Program-made: the position numbers and the translations under genes
Shown here: piece after piece, positions 22,927 to 33,743 of the stretch
How positions within the stretch are numbered: the first letter of the stretch is position 1
How the letters are laid out: each line of letters opens with the position of its first letter
Assembly: GCA_963700145.1 (NCBI GenBank)
Contig: OY969474.1
Span: 2,400,001 to 2,464,000, forward strand
Direction of reading: 5' to 3'
From: an uncultured Acidobacteriota bacterium
Lineage (GTDB): Bacteria > Acidobacteriota > Thermoanaerobaculia > Multivoradales > UBA5704
DNA length: 64,000 bases
The notes under the pieces: generated by a model
The model's input: only the letters and a program-made list of their open reading frames with translations
What the model was told of the DNA's origin: nothing
Databases searched by the model: none

Positions 22927-23731
22927 CGCTTCGCGGCGCTCGCTCTCCTTACCTGCCTCTTCATGCTCGGAGCGGCCGGGGCGAAGGCCCAGTCGCGCTC
23001 GCCCGTCCTCCCCGACGTCGGCTTCGACCAGAACCTGGGCGGGAAGCTCCCGCTCGACCTCCCCTTCCGCGACGAAGCCGGCCGCGCCGTCCGCCTCGGC
23101 GACCTCTTCGGCCGCCGGCCGGTCGTCCTCGCCTTCGCCTACCACACCTGCCCGATGCTCTGCGGCCTGGTGCAGGAGGGGATCGCCAGCGCGCTCAAGC
23201 CCCTGGCGCTCGAGGCGGGCCGCGACTTCGACGTCGTCGTGGTCAGCATCGACCCGGCCGACACCCCCGAGCGCGCCGCCGCCGCCGAGCGCCGCGCCCT
23301 GGACCGCTACGGCCGCCGCGGCGCCGGCCAGGCGCCGGCCGCCGGCTTCCACTACCTGACCGGGCGCGACCCGGCGATCAAGGCCCTCGCCGACGCCGCC
23401 GGCTTCCGCTACCGCCGGGTGCCCGAGCGCGGCGAGTACGCGCACGCCGCCGGCGTCGTCGTGGCGGCGCCGGACGGCACCGTGGCGCGCTACCTCTTCG
23501 GCATCGAGCTGGCGCCGCGCGACCTGCGCCTGGCGCTCGTCGAGGCGGCGGAGGGCAAGATCGGCACCGCCGTCGACCAGATCCTCCTCTACTGCTTCCA
23601 TTACGACCCGGCGCTCGGCCGCTACAGCGCCGCGGTGATGAACCTGGTGCGCCTGGCCGGCGCCGCCACCGCCCTCGGCCTCGTCGGCTTCGTGCTGATC
23701 ATGCGGCGGCGAGACAGCGGGGGGCGCCTGA
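22923..23731 (+). CDS. SCO1/SenC copper chaperone
   Basis: [31 protein letters not shown]; reads in frame into coxB here, probably from a G-homopolymer error at 23719-23724. Confidence 0.85.
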
Positions 23732-24699
23732 TGCCGGAAGAGATCCCTCTCTTCCCCGAGGCCGCCTCCAGCCTCGCGCGCGAGGTCGACGCCCTCTTCG
23801 TCGCCTGGTCGCTGATCAGCGCCTTCTTCACCCTGCTGATCGCCGGCCTGATCGTCTTCTTCATGGTCAAGTACCGGCGGCGCGGCGAGCACGAAGTGGG
23901 GCTCGCCGAGCGGGCGCCGCTCTGGCTCGAAGCCGCCTGGTCGATCGTGCCGCTGGCCATCTGCCTGGTGATGTTCGGCTGGGGGGCGCGGGTCTTCTAC
24001 AAGCTCTACCGGCCGCCGGCCGACGCCGTCGAGTACTGGGCGGTGGGCAAGCAGTGGATGTGGAAGTTCCAGCACCCGGCCGGCAACCGCGAGATCAACC
24101 GCCTGCGGGTGCCGGTGGGGCGGCCGGTGCGGCTGACCATGACCTCCGAGGACGTCATCCACAGCTTCTTCGTCCCCGAGTTCCGCACCAAGCAGGACGT
24201 GCTGCCGGGGCGCTACTCGTCGGTCTGGTTCCGCGCCACCAAGCCCGGCACCTACAAGCTCTTCTGCACCGAGTACTGCGGCGCCGAGCACTCGCAGATG
24301 ATCGGCCAGGTCATCGCCCTGTCGCCGCAGGACTACGAGCAGTGGCTCGCCGGCGGCGTGCCCGGGCGCTCGATGACCGAGTCGGGCGCCGCGCTCTTCC
24401 AGACCCTGGCCTGCGACACCTGCCACCTGGCCGGCGCCGGCGGCCGCGCCCCGCGCGCCCCGGCCCTCGACGGCGTCTTCGGCAAGCAGGTGGCCCTGGC
24501 CGGGGGCCAGGTGCTGATCGCCGACGAGAACTACCTGCGCGAGTCGATCCTGCAGCCGGCGGTCAAGGTGGTGGCGGGGTGGACGCCGATCATGCCGACC
24601 TACCAGGGGCAGGTCACGGAGGAGCAGTTGAACCAGCTCATCGCCTACATCAAGTCGCTCGGCGCGGCGACCGCCGCCGCGGGGACGGAGCCCGAATGA
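23731..24699 (+). CDS. coxB: cytochrome c oxidase subunit II with C-terminal cytochrome c (caa3 type)
   Basis: GKQWMW, DVIHSF, CuA motif [12 protein letters not shown], heme motif CDTCH. Confidence 0.93.
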   Translation: MPEEIPLFPEAASSLAREVDALFVAWSLISAFFTLLIAGLIVFFMVKYRRRGEHEVGLAERAPLWLEAAWSIVPLAICLVMFGWGARVFYKLYRPPADAVEYWAVGKQWMWKFQHPAGNREINRLRVPVGRPVRLTMTSEDVIHSFFVPEFRTKQDVLPGRYSSVWFRATKPGTYKLFCTEYCGAEHSQMIGQVIALSPQDYEQWLAGGVPGRSMTESGAALFQTLACDTCHLAGAGGRAPRAPALDGVFGKQVALAGGQVLIADENYLRESILQPAVKVVAGWTPIMPTYQGQVTEEQLNQLIAYIKSLGAATAAAGTEPE

Positions 24700-26360
24700 C
24701 GATGGAACCGACCCGCGATACCGCGCTGCCGCGGCGCAACTACTTGAACGCCTCCTACGGCGTCCGCTCCTGGCTCTTCACCCTCGACCACAAGCGGATC
24801 GCCATCCTCTACCTCTTCTCGATCACGCTGTTCTTCTTCCTGGGCGGCGTCTTCGCCACGTTGATCCGCCTCGAGCTGCTGACGCCGCAGGGCGACCTGG
24901 TGCAGGCGGACACCTACAACCGCCTCTTCACCATGCACGGCGTGGTGATGGTCTTCTTCTTCCTGATCCCGTCGATCCCGGCGACCCTGGGCAACTTCTT
25001 CGTGCCGATCATGATCGGCGCCAAGGACCTCGCCTTCCCGCGCCTGAACCTGGCGAGCTGGTACGTCTACACCCTGGGCGGGCTCTTCACCCTCTGGGCG
25101 ATCGTCCACGGCGGCGTCGACACCGGCTGGACCTTCTACACCCCGCTCTCGACCAAGTTCTCGAACAGCTACGTCGTCTCGACGGCGCTCGGCATCTTCA
25201 TCATCGGCTTCTCGTCGATCTTCACCGGCCTCAACTTCATCGTCACCATCCACCGCATGCGGGCGCCGGGGCTGACCTGGTTCCGGCTGCCGCTCTTCAT
25301 CTGGTCGCAGTACGCGACGAGCCTGATCATCGTCCTGGGGACGCCGGTCATCGCGGTGACCGTCCTCATGGTGGCGCTCGAGCGCGTCCTCCACCTCGGC
25401 ATCTTCGACCCGGCGCTGGGCGGCGACCCGGTCCTCTTCCAGCACCTCTTCTGGTTCTACTCCCACCCGGCGGTCTACATCATGATCCTGCCGGCGATGG
25501 GGGTGGTGAGCGAGCTGGTGGCGGCCTTCTCGCGCAAGCGGATCTTCGGCTACCGCTTCGTCGCCTACGCCTCGATCGGCTTGGCGGTGCTCGGCTTCCT
25601 GGTCTGGGGGCACCACCTCTTCGTCGCCGGCCAGTCGCTCTACGCGGCGACGGTCTTCTCGGTCCTCTCGATGCTCGTGGCGGTGCCCTCGGCGGTCAAG
25701 GTCTTCAACTGGACGGCGACGCTCTTCGAGGGCTCGATCTCCTACGAGACGCCGATGCTCTACGCCCTGGGCTTCATCGGCCTCTTCACGATCGGCGGGC
25801 TGACCGGAGTGATGCTCGCCACCCTCGGCATCGACGTCCACGTCCACGACACCTACTTCATCGTCGCCCACTTCCACTACATCATGGTGGGCGGCGCGAT
25901 CATGGGCTACCTCGGCGGCCTCCACTACTGGTGGCCGAAGATCGTCGGGCGGCTCTACCCGGTGTTCCTCTCGCGCCTCGCGGCGCTGCTCGTCTTCGTC
26001 GGCTTCAACCTGACCTTCTTCCCGCAGTTCATCCTCGGCTACCTCGGCATGCCGCGCCGCTACTGGTCCTACCCGGACGAGTACCAGGTGCTCAACGTGC
26101 TCTCCACCGCCGGCGCCTCGATCCTGGCGGTCGGCTACGTCATCCCGATGTGCTACTTCCTCTGGTCGATGCGCTACGGCAAGGCGGCGAGCGCCAACCC
26201 CTGGGGGGTCGTCGGGCTGGAGTGGGAGACCACCTCGCCGCCGCCGCCGCACAACTTCGACGTCCAGCCGGTCATCACGCACGGCCCGTACGACTACGGC
26301 CTCGGCTACCACGGGGCGTCCGAAGAGGCCGGCCGGCCGGGGGAGGCGCACGGTGGCTGA
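24696..26360 (+). CDS. coxA: cytochrome c oxidase subunit I, type A2
   Basis: [26 protein letters not shown] (YS motif of A2 oxidases), [22 protein letters not shown]. Confidence 0.96.
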   Translation: MTMEPTRDTALPRRNYLNASYGVRSWLFTLDHKRIAILYLFSITLFFFLGGVFATLIRLELLTPQGDLVQADTYNRLFTMHGVVMVFFFLIPSIPATLGNFFVPIMIGAKDLAFPRLNLASWYVYTLGGLFTLWAIVHGGVDTGWTFYTPLSTKFSNSYVVSTALGIFIIGFSSIFTGLNFIVTIHRMRAPGLTWFRLPLFIWSQYATSLIIVLGTPVIAVTVLMVALERVLHLGIFDPALGGDPVLFQHLFWFYSHPAVYIMILPAMGVVSELVAAFSRKRIFGYRFVAYASIGLAVLGFLVWGHHLFVAGQSLYAATVFSVLSMLVAVPSAVKVFNWTATLFEGSISYETPMLYALGFIGLFTIGGLTGVMLATLGIDVHVHDTYFIVAHFHYIMVGGAIMGYLGGLHYWWPKIVGRLYPVFLSRLAALLVFVGFNLTFFPQFILGYLGMPRRYWSYPDEYQVLNVLSTAGASILAVGYVIPMCYFLWSMRYGKAASANPWGVVGLEWETTSPPPPHNFDVQPVITHGPYDYGLGYHGASEEAGRPGEAHGG

Positions 26361-27018
26361 GCACGCCCACGCCGGCGCCAATCCGGCGCTCGCCCACCAC
26401 TTCGACTCGCTCGAGCAGCAGCGCGAGTCCTCGACCCTCGGGATGTGGCTTTTCCTGGTCACCGAGATCATGTTCTTCGGCGGCTTCTTCCTCGCCTACC
26501 TGGTCTACCGGGTGCAGTACCAGAGCGCCTTCTTCGCGGCCAGCCACCACCTCGACATCAGGGCCGGCGCGATCAACACGGTGGTGCTCATCGGCAGCAG
26601 CCTGACGATGGCGCTCGCCGTCTGGGCGTCGCAGGTCTCGCGGCGGAAGCTGATCGTCGTCTTCCTCCTCGCCACGATCGCGCTCGGCGGCGTCTTCCTG
26701 GGCATCAAGGCCTACGAGTACAACCACAAGTTCCACGACCACCTGGTGCCCGGCCCCGACTTCCGCTGGGAGGGGCCGCACGCGCGCCAGGCCGAGATCT
26801 TCTTCAGCCTCTACTTCGGCATGACCGGCCTGCACGCGCTGCACATGGTGATCGGCATCGGCGTCCTCGCCGCGCTGCTGCGGCCGGCCTGGAAGGGGCG
26901 CTACACCGCCGAGTACAACAACCCGGTCGAGAACGTCGGGCTCTACTGGCACTTCGTGGACATCGTCTGGATCTTCCTCTTCCCGCTCCTCTACCTGATC
27001 GGACTGCACGCGCGATGA
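26353..27018 (+). CDS. coxC: cytochrome c oxidase subunit III
   Basis: [43 protein letters not shown]. Confidence 0.95.
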   Translation: MAEHAHAGANPALAHHFDSLEQQRESSTLGMWLFLVTEIMFFGGFFLAYLVYRVQYQSAFFAASHHLDIRAGAINTVVLIGSSLTMALAVWASQVSRRKLIVVFLLATIALGGVFLGIKAYEYNHKFHDHLVPGPDFRWEGPHARQAEIFFSLYFGMTGLHALHMVIGIGVLAALLRPAWKGRYTAEYNNPVENVGLYWHFVDIVWIFLFPLLYLIGLHAR

Positions 27019-27314
27019 GCGAGCAAGCCCACTCCCGGCGGCCCTACTACCTGGTCTTCGGCGCCCTCATGGTGCTGACCGCGCTGACCTACTGGGTGGC
27101 GACCCTCGACCTCGGGCCGCTCAACGACGTCGTGGCGCTGGGGATCGCGGTGACCAAGGCGGTCTTGGTCATCCTGATCTTCATGCACGTGCGCCACAGC
27201 ACGCGGATGACCAAGCTGACGATCGCCGCCGGCTTCTTCTGGCTGGCCATCATGCTGGCGCTGACGCTGGCGGACTACGTGACGCGGGGGATGGTCGGCA
27301 TCCCGGGCAAGTGA
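27015..27314 (+). CDS. cytochrome c oxidase subunit IV (caa3 CtaF-like)
   Basis: three TMs, [13 protein letters not shown]; ATGA coupling to subunit III. Confidence 0.88.
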   Translation: MSEQAHSRRPYYLVFGALMVLTALTYWVATLDLGPLNDVVALGIAVTKAVLVILIFMHVRHSTRMTKLTIAAGFFWLAIMLALTLADYVTRGMVGIPGK

Positions 27315-27898
27315 GGAAGGCCAACCAGTCGCTGCTCGACCTCTTCCTCGAGCTCCAGCTCCTCGACCGCATCCCGCGCGCCGGGTACGTGCTGCGCGGT
27401 GTCGCCTACCCGGAAAGCGTCACCGAGCACTCCTGGCACACCGCCTTCCTGGTCTGGGCCCTGGCCGGAGAGGCCCCGGAGGTGGACCGCGAGCGCGCGG
27501 TGGGCATCGCCTTGGTGCACGACCTCGCCGAGCTGCGCATCGGCGACCTCCCGCGCACCGCGGCGCGCTACTTCCCCGAAGGCGTCAAGCAAGCCGCCGA
27601 GACCGCGGCGATCGACGAGGTCCTGGCCCCGCTCCCCGAAGAGGCGCGCGCCCTCTACCGCGAGTACCTGGAGGGCACGACCCCCGAGGCGAAGCTGGTC
27701 AAGGCCTGCGACAAGCTCCAGCTCATGGTGAAGGTCGCCGTCTACGAGCGTTGGGGCACCGGCGCGCTGGCCGAGTTCTGGGACAACCCCGACAACTTCC
27801 CCGACGGCGGCTTCCCGGCGGTCAAGGAGCTTTTCGACGAGCTGAGGAAGCGGCGGGAGCAGGACCGGCTGCCGATGCCGGGGCCGGTGGCGGAGTAG
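27311..27898 (+). CDS. HD-domain hydrolase (YfbR/HDDC2-like 5'-nucleotidase)
   Basis: RIPRAGY, ESVTEHS, LVHDLAE..IGD, VKACDKLQ. Confidence 0.88.
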   Translation: MRKANQSLLDLFLELQLLDRIPRAGYVLRGVAYPESVTEHSWHTAFLVWALAGEAPEVDRERAVGIALVHDLAELRIGDLPRTAARYFPEGVKQAAETAAIDEVLAPLPEEARALYREYLEGTTPEAKLVKACDKLQLMVKVAVYERWGTGALAEFWDNPDNFPDGGFPAVKELFDELRKRREQDRLPMPGPVAE

Positions 27899-27951
27899 GT
27901 ATCCGACACCCTTGCCGTTGGACCGCCCTCCAGGCATAATCGAGGCGTAAG

Positions 27952-28686
27952 ATGAGTTCCTCGACCAACATCGAATGGACAGAGGCGACTTGGAACCCTG
28001 TTCGCGGATGCACCAAGGTGAGCCCAGGATGCAAGCACTGCTATGCGGAGACTTTTGCCGAGCGCTGGCGAGGGATTCCGGGGCATCCTTATGAGCAGGG
28101 ATTCGACCTGCGCTTGGTGCCGGAGAAACTCGAGGAGCCGCTCTCTTGGGCCCGGCCACGCTTGATTTTCGTCAACTCGATGAGCGACCTCTTTCACGAA
28201 GAGGTCCCTGAAGACTTCATTCTCAAAGTCTTCGAAGTCATGGAGGCGGCCTCATGGCACACCTTCCAGATCCTTACCAAGCGGTCTCAGCGGTTACGAC
28301 AGCTCGCGCCGCGGCTTAGATGGCCTCTCAACGTCTGGCAAGGAGTATCAGTGGAGAACGCCCGCTACGTAACGCGAGTAACCGATCTTCAGCACGTACC
28401 TGCCGCCGTTCGTTTCCTCTCGATCGAGCCTCTCTTGGGACCCATTCCCGCCCTCCCGCTCAACGGGGTCTCCTGGGTCATCCTTGGCGGCGAAAGCGGC
28501 CCCAGGCATCGGCCTCTCCAACTGGAGTGGGTACGGGAGATCCGCGACCAGTGCATCCACACAGGCGTAGCCTTCTTCTTCAAGCAGTGGGGTGGTCGCA
28601 ATCCCAAAACGGGCGGGAGAGAGCTCGACGGCCGCGAATGGAATGAGCTGCCCCGCTCATTTATCGTGCCCTCTACGTTCCTCTAG
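27952..28686 (+). CDS. DUF5131 / phage Gp37-Gp68 family three-Cys protein
   Basis: [56 protein letters not shown]; lower GC than flanks. Confidence 0.93.
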   Translation: MSSSTNIEWTEATWNPVRGCTKVSPGCKHCYAETFAERWRGIPGHPYEQGFDLRLVPEKLEEPLSWARPRLIFVNSMSDLFHEEVPEDFILKVFEVMEAASWHTFQILTKRSQRLRQLAPRLRWPLNVWQGVSVENARYVTRVTDLQHVPAAVRFLSIEPLLGPIPALPLNGVSWVILGGESGPRHRPLQLEWVREIRDQCIHTGVAFFFKQWGGRNPKTGGRELDGREWNELPRSFIVPSTFL

Positions 28687-30263
28687 CTCGATATTTCCGA
28701 GACCGCTCGAAGATCTCTCGGCACGATGCCGTCCGCGATCTCCTTTTGGCTGGCGAAGAACAAGTAATAGACAGTAGCGCCTTGGCTGTTCCGCATGGGT
28801 AGCGGCTGCGCGACCCGCGCAAATCCCGCCACCTCCCGAAGCCTGCGCCTGGGGCCGAGCCGCGACCCACGGAACGCCTCGGCAATTACCTCATTGGTCT
28901 GCTTCTCGGGTGCGGCAGCAGCAAACAGCTCAGTCTGCCTGGAGGGCTGATAAGCGATCTCCCGGCAGGTCTGCTCGAGCGTCGAGCCCAGGACAACGGG
29001 CTTGGCAGCGCTGCGCGAGAGCGGAGCGGACGCGGTCGTAAGTCGGGCTCGTAACAGCTCGCCCAGTCTTCGTCCTGCTCGCGATCGACGGAAGAGGACG
29101 ACCAATGCCAGGGATGCGCGCGAGATGAAGCGCGCGTGCGAAGAGAACTGAGGCTGCATGGCGCACGGCTCTTGAGCAGCCGGAGCCGACGCGTGTTGCG
29201 TCTCGTCGCGCGCGTGCGCGTCCGCCAGCTCTCGTCACCGCCGACAGCCAGTCGATTCGTTGCTCGGCTGGCGTTGCGAGACCTTCCCCGGCTCGGTCCG
29301 CAGTGCGTTGCGGCGCGAAGTCCGCGACGAGCGCTCCTGGCCGCCACGTAGAGGCTTGCCGTGGCGTACTCGGCTGCACCTCGCCCAGGGGCGCGCCGCG
29401 CTGGACAGCTGCGAGGCGGGCGAGCTCGAGCTCTTTCTCGCTCTGCCAGCGCGCGGCTCGCCAGCGGCGGCTCGCGCGCACAGGTGCTCGTAGAAGGCGC
29501 GCGAGCTGGTGGCGTAGAAGTCGCTGACCGAGGTCTGCATGGCGAACGCACGAGGGCAGAATGTAGCCGCGTCTGCGACTGAACGCGCATGGCAGGCATT
29601 GAGGAGACCAGCGGCAGCGGTCGCAGTGCTCTGATCGGTTAGAGTGTGGCTTGATGTCCATGATCGGGAAGTTGAGGAACAGGTCGATCGTTCCCAACTT
29701 CCCTGCCGTCGCGATCACCCGCCAGTCCAGGTGCAAACCGTATGGGTCCAGGAGGCAGAAGAGGTGGGGGAATGTGAGCCCGCTCTAGTCCAGCAGACGA
29801 TCGGGCGTCTCGTCGCGCGACGGCGCGAGGATCTTGAGTGGGCAGCAGGGTTGTGCGCCAGCGCGCGTGCGGGCCCCGCTTGTAGTCCTCGAAACAGATC
29901 TGGGGAAGAACCTCGTCAGCGAGGATCTCGTTGCAGTCGCCTTCGCTGATGCGGACATCAGGCCGCTCGCCCACCAGCGACCGCAGGTGCTGCAGCTGCA
30001 CTTTCTCGCCGTCGAGGTCTACGAAGAAGTACTCACGAAAGGGGGGATCGATCTGGAGCGCGACAAGAGGACTGCCCTGTACCTCGCCACCGCTTGTACG
30101 GGAAAGGTGCGTGCCGGCGCCGGCGAAGCCGTCGATGTAAACGTGGTGGAACGAGGGGTTCCTCCGAGTTGAAAGAATCCGCGAATAGGCCGCCGCGTAC
30201 TTGCGGACGATCTCCAGCTTGAGCTCCGACCAATAGCCGATCTCGTCGAGTCGCGTACTAAGA
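28683..30263 (-). pseudogene. tcmP: three-Cys-motif partner protein, interrupted by foreign segments
   Basis: collinear pieces [81 protein letters not shown] separated by unrelated sequence; start codon not clear. Confidence 0.8.
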
Positions 30264-30346
30264 GCCTCCCATTAACAAACTCACAGCCTAGCGAAAACAG
30301 GGCGTAATTGCAAGACGAAGGGACTCTAGAGCCGTCTGGACAGAGA

Positions 30347-30550
30347 CTAGTTGAGGAGCTGCCAGCCGTCGACGACTTCGCCGCGGTCGGCTTGACGGAT
30401 GGCTTCTAGGAGGAGCTCCTGCTCTTCCTGCGAAAGGGTGAAGCCCTCCTCCGCTTCCGGCAGCAGGAGAGTGACAGTTGCACCCTCTTCGAGAGTCCCG
30501 TCAGGCACGTCCAACTTGCCGCCCACGACCTTCGCGATGAAAACCTTCAT
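30347..30550 (-). CDS. small antitoxin-like protein
   Basis: MKVFIAKVVGGKL...EGATVTLL (AF2212/DUF104-like start) and LLEAIRQADRGEVVDG tail typical of type II antitoxins. Confidence 0.55.
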   Translation of the reverse strand: MKVFIAKVVGGKLDVPDGTLEEGATVTLLLPEAEEGFTLSQEEQELLLEAIRQADRGEVVDGWQLLN

Positions 30551-30574
30551 ACGCCAGCTCGCCGCCATCGGCGG

Positions 30575-30919
30575 TCACAGCGGCGCCCCCTGGCGCTCGA
30601 TGTCCATGACCAGCGGCCGCTCCTGCGTGCGCCAAGTGGCGTAGGTCTCGGCGTCGAAGATGGTGGGAGAGATGCGCAGGTCGAAGGGGAAGCCGACGTC
30701 CGTGGCAAGGTCGACCACCTCACGCCACGTCGTCCAGTCGACGTGTTCCAGGACGACGGCCACGTCGACGTCCGACTCCTCGTCGGCCTCCCCGCGCGCG
30801 AACGAGCCGAAGAGCCGCACGTCGAGGACAGCCTTCCCGTACCGCTTGCGGAGCTCCTCCGCGAAACGGGCGGCGGCGGTGCGCACGAGCGGCGCGACGG
30901 CGACCTCAGCCTCAGGCAT
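30575..30919 (-). CDS. minimal nucleotidyltransferase (MNT) domain protein
   Basis: LFGSFARGEADEESDVDVAVV motif, 114 aa. Confidence 0.88.
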   Translation of the reverse strand: MPEAEVAVAPLVRTAAARFAEELRKRYGKAVLDVRLFGSFARGEADEESDVDVAVVLEHVDWTTWREVVDLATDVGFPFDLRISPTIFDAETYATWRTQERPLVMDIERQGAPL

Positions 30920-31228
30920 GGGACAGGGATGGTAGCACCCGACCCTCAGCGCGCCGTTGTCCGGTCGTCACGTGGTCGATCCTCCATGCAATCTGACCAC
31001 GGCGTGGTCGAATTACCGGGGATATTGACCGCACGCATCCCCGCCGGCTTTGCTTGCAGAGACGCGCCGGGCGGGAGAGCTACCGGGAGCGCGGCTTGGA
31101 ACGCCATCGAGCTTCGGGAGAGCTCCGGGATAAGACTCGGGCGAGCGAGCGGCTCGGCGGTGCGGAGGGGCGCGGCGGTGCGGACGAGGGGAGGCGGCTG
31201 CCGGACAGACACAAGAGAGACGGCCGCG

Positions 31229-32126
31229 GTCCTCCTGGTGTTGCGCACTTCTGTCCTCGAATTACGAACCTCCGGTCCTCTACCTACGCGCTTCGCCGGC
31301 TGAATGCGCGGAGCTGGCGCGCACTTCGGCGGCGCTGCGCCGCGAGCCGCTGATCGCCGCGCTCGCGGCGACCCGAGGGCGCCGCCGCGCGGCTGCGCGC
31401 GTTCCTGGACGGCGCGGTCGGCCGCAAGCGGTGCCGCCAGGCGGCGGTCCAGCACCTCCTCGACTGGGCGGCCTCCGCGCTCCTCCAGTACCGGTCGAGG
31501 AGCGCCGGCTGTGGCTGGACGCCTATCAGGCCACCTACCTCCAGCGGGACTTGGCCGACCTCGCGCAGCTCCGCGACCTCGAGGCCTTCAGCCACTGCCA
31601 CCGGCTGGCCTCGTTGCGCGCGGGGCGGATTCTCTCCTACTCGGAGCTCGCGCGCGACGCCGGCCTCCCCGTCACTACGGTGCGGCGCTACCTCCGCTAC
31701 CTCGAGCTGTCCTACCAGATCTTCCACTTGCCGGCCTGGGCCGGGAACCCGAGCCTGCGGCTGATCAAGGCGCCGAAGCTCATCTGGTTCGACAGCGGCG
31801 TCCAGCGCGCCTCTCCGGAGGTCGGCGGCTGCGCCCGCCGAGAACCCGTGTCCTCGATCACGCGCTTCGCCGCTCGAATGGGCTGGATCGGGCGATGATT
31901 GGGCTTCGTTGGTCCTCGGTTTACGCGCTTCGGCCGGCCAATTGGGTCTTCCGGTCCTTGGATTACTAACTTTTGTCTCCGAGTTACTAACTTCTGTCTC
32001 GTACCCACTCCATTCGCCGGGCCCCGGGCCTTCCCGCTGTCCTCAACTTACGCACTTCGCCTTCCGACCCAGCCCATCCGGCCGTCGGCGAAGCGCCCGT
32101 GTCCTCGACCTACTCGCTTCGCCGGC
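31229..32126. repeat. dispersed degenerate GTCCTC-N3/4-TACGCGCTTCG motif family on both sides of the DUF4143 fragment
   Basis: copies at 31253, 31275, 31850, 31912, 31954, 31975, 31996, 32039, 32101; right-hand spacings 62/42/21/21/43/62. Confidence 0.7.
31490..31815 (+). pseudogene. fragment of an AAA ATPase DUF4143 domain
   Basis: WLDAYQATYLQRDLADL, LSYSELARDAGL..TTVRRYL.YLE, RLIKAPKL.WFDSG; no ATPase N-terminus, no start, C-terminus lost. Confidence 0.75.
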
Positions 32127-32709
32127 GTGACTTGCCCTTTTCGCCTTCGAGCTCGATCCCGCGCTTGCCGAGGAGCTTCTTGAGGCGGGCGTAGATGTTC
32201 TCGCCGAGGAGGGAGTTGGCGGTGGTGGTCAGGTCGCGCAGCACGGTGCGAAGCTCCTCGGAGCCGCTCCAGTGGCGGCGGGCGTAGGTCTCCAGCTCGC
32301 CGCCGAAGGCCTGGGAGAGGACTGCCGCGGCGAGGACCAGGTCCTCCAGGTAGCCGGCGCCGCCGATCAGCGCTTCGGGCAGGAGGTCGGTCGGCAGGAC
32401 GAAGTAGGCCAGGGCGCCGCCGATCAGGGCGCGCGTCGGGCCCGGGACGTTCTTGTCGAGGGCCAGCCGCACCAGCAGCATGAAGACGTCGGGGACGAGA
32501 AGGAGCGCCTTGAGCGCCTTGCCCGAGAGCTTCCCGCCCTTGCTCTCGGCGGTCTGCACCACCCGGCCGCGCAGCCGGTCGTAGAAGGAGAGGAGGCCGG
32601 TCGAGCGCAGCTCGCTTTCGAGCTCGGCGCCGCCGCGGACGAGCGCCGTCTCCGAGCGCTCCTCCGCCGCCGCGATCTCCACGTCAGGGTCCTTCGTCAC
32701 GTTGGCCAT
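32110..32709 (-). CDS. YkvA/DUF1232 family protein
   Basis: ALAYFVLPTDLLPE..IGG.GYLEDL; GGAGG RBS. Confidence 0.85.
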   Translation of the reverse strand: MANVTKDPDVEIAAAEERSETALVRGGAELESELRSTGLLSFYDRLRGRVVQTAESKGGKLSGKALKALLLVPDVFMLLVRLALDKNVPGPTRALIGGALAYFVLPTDLLPEALIGGAGYLEDLVLAAAVLSQAFGGELETYARRHWSGSEELRTVLRDLTTTANSLLGENIYARLKKLLGKRGIELEGEKGKSRRRSE

Positions 32710-32751
32710 GATCCCCCTCCAGCCGCAAGTGGCGTGCCACGCACGCGCCCT

Positions 32752-33738
32752 CTAGAAGATATACGCAATCGCGAACCCCACCTGCGCCGCCATCAACATC
32801 AGGTACATGTGGCGCCAGGAGGGGTGGTTCTCGGTCGCGGTGAGCGAGGAAGGATCGCGCACCAGGAGCCAGACGGTGTAGCAGCCCCAGAGGGTCAAGA
32901 GGACCCCCAGGGCGACCAGCAGCACCGGGTTGCCGGTCAGGATCGGCAGGCTCGGGTCCTTGGGGTCGCGCAGCCAGATGCCGAGCGGCACCAGCAGCCA
33001 GGGGAGGACGAAGAAGGGGCTCATGATCCAGGCCGCCTTCTTGACGCCGTGGATGATCGGCAGCGTGTGGCAGCCGCCGGCGCGGTCGCCCTCGATGTCG
33101 GCGAAGTCCTTGGTCGAGGCGGCGCCGAGCAGGAACAGGGCGAAGACCGCGCCGATGTACCAGGGCTCGGCGTACCAGACCGGCGCCACCATCCCCCAGC
33201 CCGCCACCTTGAGCAGCATGCCGCGCGGGATGGCGATCGTCCAGTTGGCGAGCATGCCGCGGGTCTTCGTCCGCCCGAGCTGCGGCGCCGAGTAGACGAA
33301 GGTGAAAAGGAGCCCCGCCAGGTAGATGAAGAAGCAGGCGCGCAGGCCGATCGGCGCCTGAAGCTTCTCGGCCAGCGTGTCGTAAGGGTAGGGCACGACC
33401 AGCCAGACCGGGATGAGCGCCAGGGCGTAGAAGACCCAGGTGAACCCCCACGCCTCGCGCAGCGTCAGCTCGCCGGTCACCAGCGGCCGCCCCGGCTTGT
33501 TGAGGCGGTCGATCTCCAGGTCGTAGACCTGGTTGATGGCGTTCGAGGCCGCGTTCATGAAGGCGGCGCAGAGCGAGCCCAGGGCCACGGTGCCGATGAC
33601 CGCCCAGGTGAGGCGACGCGCCGGATCGGGGTTGTGGGCCGAGCCGAAGGCGCAGATGGCCCCCGAGACGATGCCCAGGAGCGGCGGCAGCAGGGTGAAC
33701 GGGCGGGCGAGCCGGACGTAGAGGGGGAGCTTCTGCAT
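32752..33738 (-). CDS. UbiA-family prenyltransferase
   Basis: RLARPFTL, NAINQVYDLEIDRLNKPGRPL, YSAP, KDFADIEGD; multiple TMs. Confidence 0.9.
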   Translation of the reverse strand: MQKLPLYVRLARPFTLLPPLLGIVSGAICAFGSAHNPDPARRLTWAVIGTVALGSLCAAFMNAASNAINQVYDLEIDRLNKPGRPLVTGELTLREAWGFTWVFYALALIPVWLVVPYPYDTLAEKLQAPIGLRACFFIYLAGLLFTFVYSAPQLGRTKTRGMLANWTIAIPRGMLLKVAGWGMVAPVWYAEPWYIGAVFALFLLGAASTKDFADIEGDRAGGCHTLPIIHGVKKAAWIMSPFFVLPWLLVPLGIWLRDPKDPSLPILTGNPVLLVALGVLLTLWGCYTVWLLVRDPSSLTATENHPSWRHMYLMLMAAQVGFAIAYIF

Positions 33739-33743
33739 CGCGC

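Noticed and set aside
22963-24699. SCO-CoxII fusion protein
   Set aside because: Deleting one G from the G6 run at 23719-23724 gives a TGATG stop/start overlap at the CoxII ATG; probably a homopolymer error
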